From a virus (lineage: Duplodnaviria; Caudoviricetes), in IMG/VR virus record IMGVR_UViG_3300033076_001139, positions 1 to 64,000 of that record: a stretch of DNA of 64,000 bases. One strand, given 5' to 3'. Under the pieces are notes generated by a model that did not search any database, was not told where the DNA came from, and saw nothing but the letters and a program-made list of their open reading frames with translations. This document shows positions 28,937 to 38,631 of the stretch, one piece after another. Position 1 is the first letter of the stretch, and every line of letters starts with the position of its first letter. Both the position numbers and the translations under genes were made by a program.

Positions 28937-29400
28937 GGGCAGTTCTCCAGCGCAAAGATGAGTGCCTCCTCTTCCGTGAGAAATCCCCAGCAACGAACGC
29001 TGCCAGGGCTGACTCCCATTTCCTTCGCGGCCTTCTCGGAGAAGTAGAGAGACTCCATCTCCCACGCCATCTTCCCGTCACTCTGTCGCGTCGTCGTACT
29101 GAGGCGCGCATGGGCGTACGGAGAGCCCCATACCTGCCGAACGCGCGCAAGGATGTGTCCCTTCGTGCCGTCGTCATCGAGGTCGGGGAACGTCTCCCCG
29201 TGCACGATGAGTTCTGCGCGAGAGAGATCAAGCCAGTTGATCGCCTCAAGTATCGTCACCTTGTCCCCAAGCCACTCGTCCTGAAGAACCCTGACAATCA
29301 CAAAAGGGCGTCCGATATGAGTAATCCTCATACCAGGACGCCATTCCCAACCCTTAGCCTTCACCGCCCGGACGGGCAGTTCGTCTGTCAACTGGATCAT
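28933..29400 (-). CDS. Hypothetical protein (KGWxWxPGM / PDL family)
   Basis: Paralog of 27958-28389. Confidence 0.65.
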   Translation of the reverse strand: MIQLTDELPVRAVKAKGWEWRPGMRITHIGRPFVIVRVLQDEWLGDKVTILEAINWLDLSRAELIVHGETFPDLDDDGTKGHILARVRQVWGSPYAHARLSTTTRQSDGKMAWEMESLYFSEKAAKEMGVSPGSVRCWGFLTEEEALIFALENCP

Positions 29401-29846
29401 GTTCCTTGCACCCCTTGTGGATTGACTTGATACGGTCATGAACCCGCGTCAGTTCACTGACGGGGATAGGGAGCAACACGTCGTAAATGCCTCCGCAGTT
29501 GTTGCAGCGGAGGCGCATCGTGCTCGGCGGGGAAGAGCCGTCGGTAACAATGACCAGCCAGGGCGTCGTGTCCTTCATGCCGGGATCAGCCACGGGTCGG
29601 ACATGGGATTGCGCCCCTCTTGATATCGAACCCAGCCCTCCGTGCCGGAGCTGACGCCACTCGCGGTGCGGTACCAGTTGATCATCCCATCCTCTCGGAT
29701 GCGGACCTCCAGCTCGTACGGCCTACGCCACGTAAGTACCAGCCAGCCTTCGTTCTTGTTCACCGATGCAGTCGGATACTCACCAAACTTCAAAACTGCT
29801 ACCTGCGAAATCGAAAGCGCAGTTCCTAGGATCTCAGGCGTCAGTC

Positions 29847-30125
29847 TCATACGTCCACGTCCGTAGGGCGGGTGATGGTAAGCGTACCCCCGTCGAGCAA
29901 GAAACCAGGCTTCACGTCGAGCGCCGTAGCAATCTTGAACAGCGTGTCGATCTGCGTGCCGTGCGCCTTCGTCTCCGCCGCGTAGATGCCGGCGTAGGTA
30001 AGTCCCGTCTTGCTAGCGACTTCCTCACGCGTCAGGCCGCGAAGCTCGCGAACCTTCTCCAGACGCTTGCCGACTGTTTCGAGGAAGAGATGAACTGCGG
30101 CGTCGCGGCTGTCTACATTTTCCAT
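29847..30125 (-). CDS. XRE-family HTH regulator
   Basis: VRELRGLTREEVASKTGLTYAGIYAAE...TLFKIATALDV. Confidence 0.85.
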   Translation of the reverse strand: MENVDSRDAAVHLFLETVGKRLEKVRELRGLTREEVASKTGLTYAGIYAAETKAHGTQIDTLFKIATALDVKPGFLLDGGTLTITRPTDVDV

Positions 30126-30288
30126 TGATGCCTCCGTTGATGGCACTACTAAAGTAAAGCCCTCCAAGTACAGCGTCAAGTCTTAAAGCCACCGAGCACA
30201 GCCGAAAACAGCAAGTAGAAGAAAATAATAGAGGCCGCCTTGAATGTCGTGTCTAGGACAAACAAGGCGGCCCAGCTGATTACCTTCT

Positions 30289-30600
30289 TCACGGACTGAA
30301 GTCGGCGATCCTCTTGTACTTCTCTTCCGTCGTATGCCCGTCCCACTTCATGTCTCCTTGCTTGAGGTGAGAGAACATGGGGAGGTCGCTGTCGTGGATG
30401 TGCCAGGAGCACTGCCCCGTGGGCAGCGTGATGTACACGATCCACCGCCAGTCATTCTCCCAAGTCATGTCCTCTTCCTCATGCCTACCAAGGCAGGAAG
30501 GAAACAGCTTGCTCAAAAGCGCGACGAGCTTGTTGCGCTCTGCGTACGCAGCGTTCTTCGCGTTCTCAAGGTCTGCGAGGCTGCCTGCGTCGTTGGTCAC
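30289..30600 (-). CDS. WDGH-domain protein
   Basis: LPTGQCSWH...WDGHTT. Confidence 0.75.
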   Translation of the reverse strand: MTNDAGSLADLENAKNAAYAERNKLVALLSKLFPSCLGRHEEEDMTWENDWRWIVYITLPTGQCSWHIHDSDLPMFSHLKQGDMKWDGHTTEEKYKRIADFSP

Positions 30601-30941
30601 GACTTCCAGTCCTCGTAGAGCTTGCGGAGCATTTCAAATACCTTCTCATCCGGTACCAGACCGCCGTCTACTTGCTGGCTGCGGTACCACTCATCCGCTC
30701 CTAGGCCCGTACCGTCGCAGTCGCAGTCCAGCCCCGACAGGTATTCGCACTTGGGTAAGTCCGTACCCTTCTTGTGCCACGACATGTCGTACGCCTTGGC
30801 TGGGGATCGGCCGACCCACACCGCAAAAGATACTGCGTAGGGATCGTCGCCTACGCAGTATCGCCAGTCTTCATCATCCTCCCACTTGCGGTGCCGGAGG
30901 CCTTCCTGCGTGAAATCAATCTTTGGGGTCATGCTGCTCAT
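30597..30941 (-). CDS. Hypothetical protein
   Basis: Operon context. Confidence 0.55.
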   Translation of the reverse strand: MSSMTPKIDFTQEGLRHRKWEDDEDWRYCVGDDPYAVSFAVWVGRSPAKAYDMSWHKKGTDLPKCEYLSGLDCDCDGTGLGADEWYRSQQVDGGLVPDEKVFEMLRKLYEDWKS

Positions 30942-31144
30942 CGGTCGTTACCTCGACGCCTTCTACGGTGATTGCGGCAATTTCGGTGAGATCCGCCCAG
31001 TACAGGCGCTCGCGCACCTCGGGGTGGTGCTCCCAGTCGACGCTATGAAGGGTATTCAGGTGCGTGGTCTTGACCTCGATACGCACAAGATCAGTCGCCA
31101 CGACCGCTCCTGACTTCAGGTAAAACTTCGTACGCATCTTCTTT

Positions 31145-31486
31145 TCAGACATGGTTTTTACCTGTTGGTACGTCGATGAGAATGAACATCACCCAGTTGT
31201 GCACTCGGTTATCCCACTGCTCCGGGGTATCTCCCCAAGAGATCTGAGACATGCCCTCTGCCTGTTTGCAGACAATGACGCCTTTCTCCGTGATGCGGTC
31301 AACCCAGACCTTTCGGTTGTTCACTGCGTCAAACCAGACCTGCCCTGCGCGCGGAGGGGTCTTTCGTGTCTTCAGGTGCAGCCAATACCTGCGCGCAAAG
31401 AGCAGAACCGGGCCGAGGAGGATCGGCGTAAAGACAATGACGCAGAGTATTACTGCGAACCATCCAAGGATGTTCCACGGGTTCAT
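31145..31486 (-). CDS. Membrane-anchored hypothetical protein
   Basis: N-terminal TM; GGAG RBS. Confidence 0.6.
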   Translation of the reverse strand: MNPWNILGWFAVILCVIVFTPILLGPVLLFARRYWLHLKTRKTPPRAGQVWFDAVNNRKVWVDRITEKGVIVCKQAEGMSQISWGDTPEQWDNRVHNWVMFILIDVPTGKNHV

Positions 31487-31494
31487 GACTTCTC

Positions 31495-31998
31495 CTACCT
31501 CAGCCTCTCAACTTCCCAGCGTCGTCCGTCCTTCGTGATTGCGCCAGCGAGCCGCTTGTGTCCGGCCCCTGGTTGCTCCGAGTGACAGATTACGCAGAGA
31601 GCGATGAGGTTATAGTTCCAGTTGTTTTTCGGATTATTGTCGCGGTGGTGGACGTGCAGCAGCCGCTGATGTCTCTTTGCTGACAAGTTCACCCAACACT
31701 TCTCGCAACGCCAGTTCCTCTCTTTCTTGTACCTTCGGGCGACCGACGACCAGTCCTTCGTGTAGGGACTCTCTGGTTTAGGCGGAGAGTACGTCCACGT
31801 AGGCGAAGGGTAGTAGGTCTCCTCTTCCTCCTCGTAGAAGGTCCGCTTCTGCGGAGGTTCTTCTTTCTTGGAGTCTGAGGAGAAAAGAAACTCACCTAGT
31901 GCTTCAAGAAACTCACCCAGCGCCTTGAAGAATGCGAAGATCAGGCTGACCGCGAAGTAGACGAACACCATGATGAGGATCAGAGCGAGGATCTCCAT
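31495..31998 (-). CDS. HNH nuclease with N-terminal TM segment
   Basis: CEKC...LHVHHRDNNPKNNWNYNLIALCVICH. Confidence 0.8.
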   Translation of the reverse strand: MEILALILIMVFVYFAVSLIFAFFKALGEFLEALGEFLFSSDSKKEEPPQKRTFYEEEEETYYPSPTWTYSPPKPESPYTKDWSSVARRYKKERNWRCEKCWVNLSAKRHQRLLHVHHRDNNPKNNWNYNLIALCVICHSEQPGAGHKRLAGAITKDGRRWEVERLR

Positions 31999-32004
31999 CG
32001 TGGT

Positions 32005-32304
32005 TTACCGTCCCGTCTCAGATGACTTCTTGGCCCAGCCGACGTGCTCGCCGCGCTCGATAGCGTCAGAAACGTCGAACAATGCCGCCTCTGCTGCCCA
32101 CGTTGCGTCCTTGGCCTCACAGCGCATGTACGCCACCACGTCAGCCCGCTCGTCCTCGATGGAGCGTGGCGGGACATACTTGTCGCCGTCAAGGCACGCC
32201 TCGCAGACGTGTTCGTAGAGTTCTGCGCCGTAGTGGGCGACGCGGTATCCCAAGTCGTCGCGGCAGCACTTCCCCTTACAGGTAGGGCAGGGTTCGGGGG
32301 TCAT
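32005..32304 (-). CDS. CPTCKG-family protein with ERADVVAYMR...AIERGEH module
   Basis: Paralogous motifs. Confidence 0.65.
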   Translation of the reverse strand: MTPEPCPTCKGKCCRDDLGYRVAHYGAELYEHVCEACLDGDKYVPPRSIEDERADVVAYMRCEAKDATWAAEAALFDVSDAIERGEHVGWAKKSSETGR

Positions 32305-32729
32305 GACTTCTCCACTTCGGGCGAAGGGGGTGGGGCAAGGGGCATCCACACCCAGCGCGGAGGTGGTAGTACGGGCTTCCCGTCGCGTTCGGCCTGTGCG
32401 GCAAGGGAGAGGCTTATCGAGTGAAGCGTAGTCTCCAACCCTTCCCCCGAGTGGGGGCGTGCCTCGGCCCCGCCGCGCTTCCACGGGTAGTAGATGGCGA
32501 CCCACACGAACTCGGGGAAGTCGTCGGGAATGATGGGGGCGCGTCCGTCCCACCCGCCCTCGATCCACTTCGACGGTTCGGGGTACTCGACAACCTCCCC
32601 GTCACCGATGTTCTCCACCGCCCGCTCGGCCTCGGCGCGGGTGTCGTACACCGTCGCCTCCGAGATTCGGACGGGCCAACCGAGGTCGGCGTCGTACATG
32701 CCGTCGTCGTACCGGATGACGTACCTCAC
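32301..32729 (-). CDS. Hypothetical protein
   Basis: Overlapping start/stop. Confidence 0.55.
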   Translation of the reverse strand: MRYVIRYDDGMYDADLGWPVRISEATVYDTRAEAERAVENIGDGEVVEYPEPSKWIEGGWDGRAPIIPDDFPEFVWVAIYYPWKRGGAEARPHSGEGLETTLHSISLSLAAQAERDGKPVLPPPRWVWMPLAPPPSPEVEKS

Positions 32730-33055
32730 AGGTGCCCCCGTGCGGGCACGAAGGCCAACCCGCCGAACGAACTAACTTCCCCCGAGTCGGTGTAGTGGAC
32801 GATGCGGTAGAGGTAGCCTCCCGGCACGGGGACGCGCTGCGTCTCGGCAAACCCCGGCATCATGCCCTGTTCGCAGTCCACCGTCATCCACTTGAACGGA
32901 GGCGGTGCCTTGCCCACGGCGCAATCGGGGCAGATGTGTGCGTACTCTCGATCCGAGTACGAATCATCCTCCGCGTACTCGACGTGTGGTACTCGCTCGT
33001 CGGAGTAGCAGTTCAAGCAGCAGTTGCCCTTGCACGTCGGGCATGGTTCACTCAT
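32726..33055 (-). CDS. CPTCKG-family protein
   Basis: MSEPCPTCKGNCC...HICPDC. Confidence 0.6.
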   Translation of the reverse strand: MSEPCPTCKGNCCLNCYSDERVPHVEYAEDDSYSDREYAHICPDCAVGKAPPPFKWMTVDCEQGMMPGFAETQRVPVPGGYLYRIVHYTDSGEVSSFGGLAFVPARGHL

Positions 33056-33878
33056 TAAAGCCTCCACAGTTGCGGATGATTGGCCACAGCCAGGCCAGGC
33101 ACGCCAGCACGAACACCACGTTCATGCTGACCATCGCAATACGGTGCGCCCTTTTCATCTCTGCGCCCCGCTGTTCAAGTTCCCTCATCCGCCTTGCACG
33201 GCCGGCTTCCCACGCAGCTCGGCGGGCGGGTTCCCCAGCATCCCATGCTTCGTGCGTGTAGTTAGGTATCCACTGGCGTATGTAGTCGCCCTCCGGGTCT
33301 ACACAGCGGTGCAGGCCCGGAGGGTCACTCTCGTTGGAACTCATGCGGGACTCCAGTAGCCGAAGTCCATCTCAAACCCCCGAGGCCTTTTAGTAGACTT
33401 CCGGTAGCAGCACATGGTGATGCGTGCGGCTGTGCGGTCGGGCATCTTCAGGGCAATCCGCATCGCTTGCTTCTTCGTAAGGGCGTGCGCATGAGAGGAG
33501 AATCTCTTACCGGCACTCACTGCTTCATGGAGAGGCATCCATTTGCGAAGGCCGGGAACCCACCAGTACCTTGGCTGTCCCGAGTGTGTCTCGTAGTTCA
33601 TCGTGACGTACCAGCGTACGTTTCGTGTCCTTCGGCTCACGTCCCCTCCTTCTCGCGTTGCCGCATCTCCCAAGAGGAGATCATTTCTCCCTCTGCGGTA
33701 ATGGTGAGGTCAGGGACCTCGTCCTGGTCGCAGTCTTCACGCCAAGGAGGGTCGTAGGACTCCACTCTGTCCTCCTGCCACTCGTCGTGCAGGAGCATGA
33801 AGTCGTCTGCGATGTCCATGTTCGGTGCTTCAACAACCACGACGTAGCGGACTACGCGCGTCTGGGCATACTTGAACT

Positions 33879-34175
33879 TCACAAAACATCCCGCTCAGGG
33901 AACTGCGGCAGGCATTCGCCGACGACAAAGCACGTGCCGTTGTTGTCCTGCTTGAAGATGAAGTACGGCCGGTCGCTGAACACGTTGTAGGCAACATGTG
34001 GCTGCATGCGCAGCTCAAAGTCTGCGTGCCTGTGCGCCGCGTACGCCGCACAGGCACGGGTGTACAGCTCGTACCGGTCAAGCTGGCCTTCAGAGAGCCA
34101 CTTGCTCAGGGGCACCGTACAGTCCTCAAAGAAGTCCAAAGCATTGAGCGCAACGCAGGTCATGCGCCGCGTCAC
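33879..34175 (-). CDS. Hypothetical protein
   Basis: YFIFKQDNNGTCFVV. Confidence 0.6.
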   Translation of the reverse strand: MTRRMTCVALNALDFFEDCTVPLSKWLSEGQLDRYELYTRACAAYAAHRHADFELRMQPHVAYNVFSDRPYFIFKQDNNGTCFVVGECLPQFPERDVL

Positions 34176-34477
34176 GCGTTCACCACAACTTCTTCCGTCT
34201 CGACGTCGGGCTCGAATTCCGACGGGTCGATGTAGCAGACTTCCAGATCCTGCTCTCCGTCGAAGTCGACTTCCGTCAGGATGTAGCCAAGGCGGTTCAC
34301 GAAGTGAAAGTCGTTCGTGACATAGACGCCGCCGTCATCACCCTCAATCACCGTCCACAGGTTCTTCTCGGTACGCCGAGCATGGCTCAGCTCGGCGTAG
34401 TCGAACGTGAACAACTCGCCCTCAGTGATGGTGATGGGCTTGTACTTCTCTTCCCACTCTTCGAACGTCATAGGCAC
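34172..34477 (-). CDS. Hypothetical protein
   Basis: LWTVIE..HFVNRLGYILTE. Confidence 0.65.
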   Translation of the reverse strand: MPMTFEEWEEKYKPITITEGELFTFDYAELSHARRTEKNLWTVIEGDDGGVYVTNDFHFVNRLGYILTEVDFDGEQDLEVCYIDPSEFEPDVETEEVVVNA

Positions 34478-34507
34478 TCCTAGATAGCGGTGAATTCCGC
34501 TATCTAC

Positions 34508-34741
34508 TTATGCCGATTTAGCCCCGTTTTCTTTGAGCATCTCGTGGATGTCCTCTGCGAGTATCTCTACCGTCGTAACGGCATGGCCGTTCTCGCATAC
34601 ACGACGACGCGCCACGTAGTCCTGCGTGTACCAACCCACTGCCTCTTCTGCTTCGCGCATGAGGCTCCCGCTCCCGTTGGGCGCGTCAGGGGTTCGAGAG
34701 TTCACGACCTTGGTGTCCTTACCGCACTGCTGGCAGATCAT
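34508..34741 (-). CDS. NrdR N-terminal-like zinc ribbon protein
   Basis: CQQCG..TKVVNSR...RRRVC..GHAVTTVE. Confidence 0.75.
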   Translation of the reverse strand: MICQQCGKDTKVVNSRTPDAPNGSGSLMREAEEAVGWYTQDYVARRRVCENGHAVTTVEILAEDIHEMLKENGAKSA

Positions 34742-34755
34742 CGTTCCTCTTCTAG

Positions 34756-34831
34756 TGGTCGGGGTACGAGGAATTGAACCTCTTTGGGCGAGATATAAGC
34801 TCGCTCCGGACGACCAGTCCGGCCTACCCCG
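34756..34831 (-). tRNA. tRNA-Ile(UAU), atypical
   Basis: CGGGGTA/TACCCCG acceptor, GCGAG-CTTATAT-CTCGC, GGTTCAATTCC, ACCA; G at position 8. Confidence 0.8.
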
Positions 34832-35330
34832 CTAGTACTACTAACTCTTCTATAACGTTGCCTGTAATCCTGCGCTCTATTTCCTCTCGCGAATTGCTAT
34901 CTGCAAGTTTACGTAGGATATCGGCGCGGCATGGACGAGAACACGAGGTAAAGTTTCCGCCTTTGGAGAGATGCGTCGCATTCTTTCGTTTTTGGAATTG
35001 TCTACCGCAACCGGGGCAGCAGAGCACTACCTCTTTTCTCGTTACTTTCCGTTCCTTCAAGGACTTAGCTCTGTTTTCCTCGCCTGAAACAATCTGAAGG
35101 TTTTCCAGGCGGTCATCCGTTCGGTCGCCGTTGATGTGGTCCACCTCTTCGTGCGATTCAAGTACTCTTCCGAGGCTGACGCTCATTAAGAAGCGCGCAA
35201 ACGATATTGAGGAGTGCCCCGATGTGTGGTTCCGCAGGGCGATGATGTACCTTCCACCTGCGGTATCGAGGTAGGGCCCGTAGGCTTTATAATCCACAAA
35301 AGGGCTTACGATTTGTCCTGTGTATCGCAT
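34824..35330 (-). mobile_element. Free-standing HNH homing endonuclease gene
   Basis: EEVDHINGDRTDDRLENL; C-terminal CxxC pairs; own TTGACG-N17-TATATT promoter. Confidence 0.8.
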
Positions 35331-35365
35331 GGACGTAATATACAACGCAGCGCTCTAACCGTCAA

Positions 35366-35390
35366 GCTCTGACCCCTGAGCTATGGGCCC
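35366..35390 (-). pseudogene. 5' tRNA fragment (acceptor strand plus D-arm)
   Basis: GGGCCCATAGCTCAGGGGTCAGAGC with no matching 3' half nearby. Confidence 0.65.
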
Positions 35391-35469
35391 ATTCGTGCTT
35401 CGTAACATGAAGGGGGTAAAAGTGCTAAAGAAAGGGGTAACAGTCTGAGACCATTACCCCCTTCCGTGG

Positions 35470-36147
35470 TTACTCCCCGACTTCCTTGGAGAACTCGGCT
35501 GCTCCGAAGACGACGGCGACACCGTCGTTGCCGAGGTTGTTGAGCAGGAACTCGACCGCGTCGTACGTGGTCATGCCCGAGAGCATCTGCTCCTGGATTT
35601 CCTGCACGCGGCCCTTCAGGACTTCGAGGAAGGTGTCGTCCTCTCCGTTCATGATCTCGCCATACTTCTCACGAAGGCGCGCGAGCGTGTCGGTGTAGCG
35701 CATGTCTACCGGGGTCATCTTGCGGTTAACCGCATCACGGGCGTTGAGGAACTCGCGCATCCCCTCCAACTCGCGGTTGGCGAAGTCTCCCAGCTCCGCG
35801 AGGGATCCCGGATCGGGGAACGTGAAGTTGCCCCACTCGTCGATCTCGATCTCCGTCCACTTGCCGTCGAGACAAACGAACTTGGCGCGCTCCTCGACGA
35901 ACTTCGAGGCAACCGCGGGGACCTCGTATCGACCGAAGCAGTCCGCGTTCTTGATCGCGTTTCCGAGGAAGGCGACGACCGTGTTGCTGTTCAGGTACTC
36001 GCTGTCCACGAGCAGGTTGCCCTCGACGCTGACCGCATCGCAGCCCTCTTCGGCGGTCTCTACGCCGACCACCTCCATGGAGCTGAAGAGTGGAATGAGG
36101 TCCTTGATGCGGCCCTCGATGCTGATCTTGACTTTGATCATCTGCAT
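35470..36147 (-). CDS. Hypothetical protein
   Basis: Codon bias, RBS, downstream terminator. Confidence 0.7.
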   Translation of the reverse strand: MQMIKVKISIEGRIKDLIPLFSSMEVVGVETAEEGCDAVSVEGNLLVDSEYLNSNTVVAFLGNAIKNADCFGRYEVPAVASKFVEERAKFVCLDGKWTEIEIDEWGNFTFPDPGSLAELGDFANRELEGMREFLNARDAVNRKMTPVDMRYTDTLARLREKYGEIMNGEDDTFLEVLKGRVQEIQEQMLSGMTTYDAVEFLLNNLGNDGVAVVFGAAEFSKEVGE

Positions 36148-36571
36148 GTGTCCTACCAGATGGCGCGTTCGCGCCAGTGACGTTCGTTGAACCTCAACTG
36201 CGCGTTCTCTACGCGCAGTTCTTCCATCAATGCGAGCATCTCCCTTCTCGCGTCTTCATCCGTCACGTGCTTCCGCACCAAAGACTTCATCTTGTCAATC
36301 GCAGGGCAAGTATGCCCTACCGGCTTCCAACAATCAGGCTCTTTCCACGGCATACTCACTCCTTAAGTGCTTGCCAACTACTTATGACGCCTACTTGACG
36401 GGCATTTGATTGCGGAAAGACCGGAAATACGTGCTTCCAACGGAAGCATCTTTTTCCGGCTCGTGCACCAAATCGTGACGCGCAGACTATCTACTAGTTT
36501 CTACGTCCCGTAGCAAAACAGGCACTAAAAAAGCCGACACGAGTGCCGGCTTTCGGGAAATTACTTCGCTG

Positions 36572-37036
36572 TCAGCACGAGTCCGGGCCAAAGAAGAAGT
36601 GTCGGAACTCTTCCGTGTGCCCGTAGACGTCCAAGTAGTCGCCTACCTGCGAGAGAACCTCGCTTGTCCCTTCCGAAACGACGAGATGCGCGAGGATCTC
36701 GTCCGTAGACATGGGACGGTGGGCATATCCGAGGCTTCCGTCATCAAGAAGCGTCATCGCCACACGCCAGCCTGGTCGAGTGAGCGACGAAACCACACCA
36801 AGAAGCGTCTGAAAGTCGAGAACGACTCGCCCTGCCTCGTCGTACCAGCCGGAAGCCAGCCCGCGAGACATGCGGCGCAGTACGCCCTCGATTGCCTCGC
36901 GCTCTTTTCCTTCTTTGTAGTTGTCCGTTAGAGCAACGCCCTCGTCATCTTCGGCAGAAAGCAGGTCAATCAGCTCGCGAAGCCCTTCTTTTGTGTTCGG
37001 CTCCGACAAAAGTTCCCAACCCTTCTCGAGGTACAC
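36572..37036 (-). CDS. Hypothetical protein
   Basis: GAGG RBS. Confidence 0.6.
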   Translation of the reverse strand: MYLEKGWELLSEPNTKEGLRELIDLLSAEDDEGVALTDNYKEGKEREAIEGVLRRMSRGLASGWYDEAGRVVLDFQTLLGVVSSLTRPGWRVAMTLLDDGSLGYAHRPMSTDEILAHLVVSEGTSEVLSQVGDYLDVYGHTEEFRHFFFGPDSC

Positions 37037-37221
37037 GACTACCTCAGTAGGAATGAGTGCGAAAAAACTCCTCCGAGCGGAGAAGAACCTCCTTCAGCCG
37101 GCTGTACGCCTGCGTGCGAAGAAGATCGCGCGTCCTGTCCGTGAACTTCTCTTTGTTTTCCTCGAAGTCTACGAGTTCGTTCATTGCCTCGACGGTTTCT
37201 TTGTGCAGTTCTCGGAGGATT

Positions 37222-37752
37222 TCAAGCTGAGTTTTCACGTGCTAGCCCCATGACGAAGATGTTTGCCTCGATCCACTCATCGGAATCCCTCCCACACATG
37301 GTGATGCGCAGAGGTCCGACCCTTCCCGCGCAGGTAAGTTCCATCGTGCGGGCGGAAGATACGAGTTCAGAAAGAACCCGACTGATCACCGTCCAATAAT
37401 ACGTAGAAAGATAGATGTCTACGTCGTCAGTTGCGTTCGCCATCATGCGTTCGAGGTGATCTCGTACGCTTTCCGGGTAGTCGGCGGGAGCCTCCAGGCT
37501 CAAGTACGTCTCAATCGTCTTCGGGTTCCGCATCCCTTGCTCAGAAACCCAGGCAACTCCGCCCCAGTCTACGAACTCTGGATTGCTGAACGCAACGGTG
37601 AGGGCCATCACGCTGTCTGTTGCTTCGAACACGAACAGGTCCGAGCCGGGATCAGACTCAATCTTCGCAAAGTAGGACCACTCGGGGCGGCCCTTCGTGC
37701 CCATGGCACGTAAAACGGTGTGAATGGCTGTCGCTACGCTGGTAGGTATCAT
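37222..37752 (-). CDS. Hypothetical protein
   Basis: Promoter plus GGAGG RBS. Confidence 0.6.
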   Translation of the reverse strand: MIPTSVATAIHTVLRAMGTKGRPEWSYFAKIESDPGSDLFVFEATDSVMALTVAFSNPEFVDWGGVAWVSEQGMRNPKTIETYLSLEAPADYPESVRDHLERMMANATDDVDIYLSTYYWTVISRVLSELVSSARTMELTCAGRVGPLRITMCGRDSDEWIEANIFVMGLARENSA

Positions 37753-38152
37753 TGAGCCTCCACGCGCTTATGCCCACTTCCTTGAAGTTTTGAGCTAAGA
37801 GAAAGGCCCCGAAGGGCCGGGCTCTCTACGCTTCGCCCACTGGGCGAAGTGCGCGCAGCCTTGACGGCGAGAGCTTGATGAGTGCTCCCGCCTCCTCATT
37901 CATGATCATCTGATCGACCGAGAGTTGGTGCTCTCGGAGCAACTGGTTGTACCTCGCCACGAGGTCAGGCTGCCGCCCATCCTCCCTCATACGCTCCTCG
38001 ACGTCGTAAATGTCCAGGATGATGCTATCGACGTGACGAACGTAGTTCCCACTAGCCATCGTGAAGCAGCCTCCTTGCTGCATTTACTTATGGCAGGAGT
38101 TGCGGGAAAGTTTAGGCTAAAGAAAAACCCCACTGGTTGCCCAGTGGGGTGT

Positions 38153-38263
38153 GGCTTTTAGTAACCCCTCAGAGCCACGAACTGCGCCGAGCTATACGAC
38201 TCGGGGAACCCTTGATCACCCGTGCACAGGTGTGTTCCGTCTACGACTCCCACGTCTGGGAGG
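38153..38263 (-). ncRNA. Candidate structured RNA at 3' end of tRNA operon
   Basis: Four hairpins between tRNA-Pro CCA and terminator. Confidence 0.35.
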
Positions 38264-38344
38264 TGGTCGGGGATGCCAGATTCGAACTGGCGAAAAACCT
38301 CTTGCGCCCAAGGCAAGCGCTCTACCCGGCTGAGCTAATCCCCG
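38264..38344 (-). tRNA. tRNA-Pro(UGG), enlarged variable loop
   Basis: CGGGGAT acceptor, CT-TGG-GC loop, CCA. Confidence 0.9.
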
Positions 38345-38353
38345 AAAAATGAG

Positions 38354-38439
38354 TGGTCCCCCCAGCTGGATTTGAACCAGCGATGGCTTGCGCTTCGGGT
38401 TAAAAGCCCGCTCCCTTCGGCCTCTCGGGACATGGGGGG
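38354..38439 (-). tRNA. tRNA with UUU (Lys) anticodon on a Tyr-like long-variable-arm body
   Basis: CCCCCCA/TGGGGGG, D-arm TCCCGAGAGGCCGAAGGGA, loop CTTTTAA, ~13-nt variable region, ACCA. Confidence 0.8.
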
Positions 38440-38451
38440 ATGAATTGTGAG

Positions 38452-38526
38452 TGGTTGGGGCGGAAGGATTCGAACCTTCGAATGCGGGAGTCAAAGTCCC
38501 GTGTCTTACCGCTTGACGACGCCCCA
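38452..38526 (-). tRNA. tRNA-Gln(UUG)
   Basis: Cloverleaf, CCA. Confidence 0.95.
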
Positions 38527-38541
38527 ACAAGACTTCTCAAG

Positions 38542-38627
38542 TGGTGCTTCGGGCGGGACTCGAACCCGCAAGCTCGTTAGAGCGGAGAATTTTAAGTTCC
38601 CAGTGGATACCATTTCACCACCGAAGC
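38542..38627 (-). tRNA. tRNA-Leu(UAA)
   Basis: Cloverleaf, long arm, CCA. Confidence 0.93.
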
Positions 38628-38631
38628 AATG

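Noticed and set aside
34756-35390. Single tRNA split by a group I intron encoding the HNH
   Set aside because: The downstream tRNA is complete on its own, its acceptor does not pair with the GGGCCCA remnant, and there is no room for an intron core
38354-38439. Reading the odd tRNA as an ochre suppressor, or inferring an alternative genetic code
   Set aside because: Stem geometry centres UUU, and TAA, TAG and TGA all end conserved genes normally
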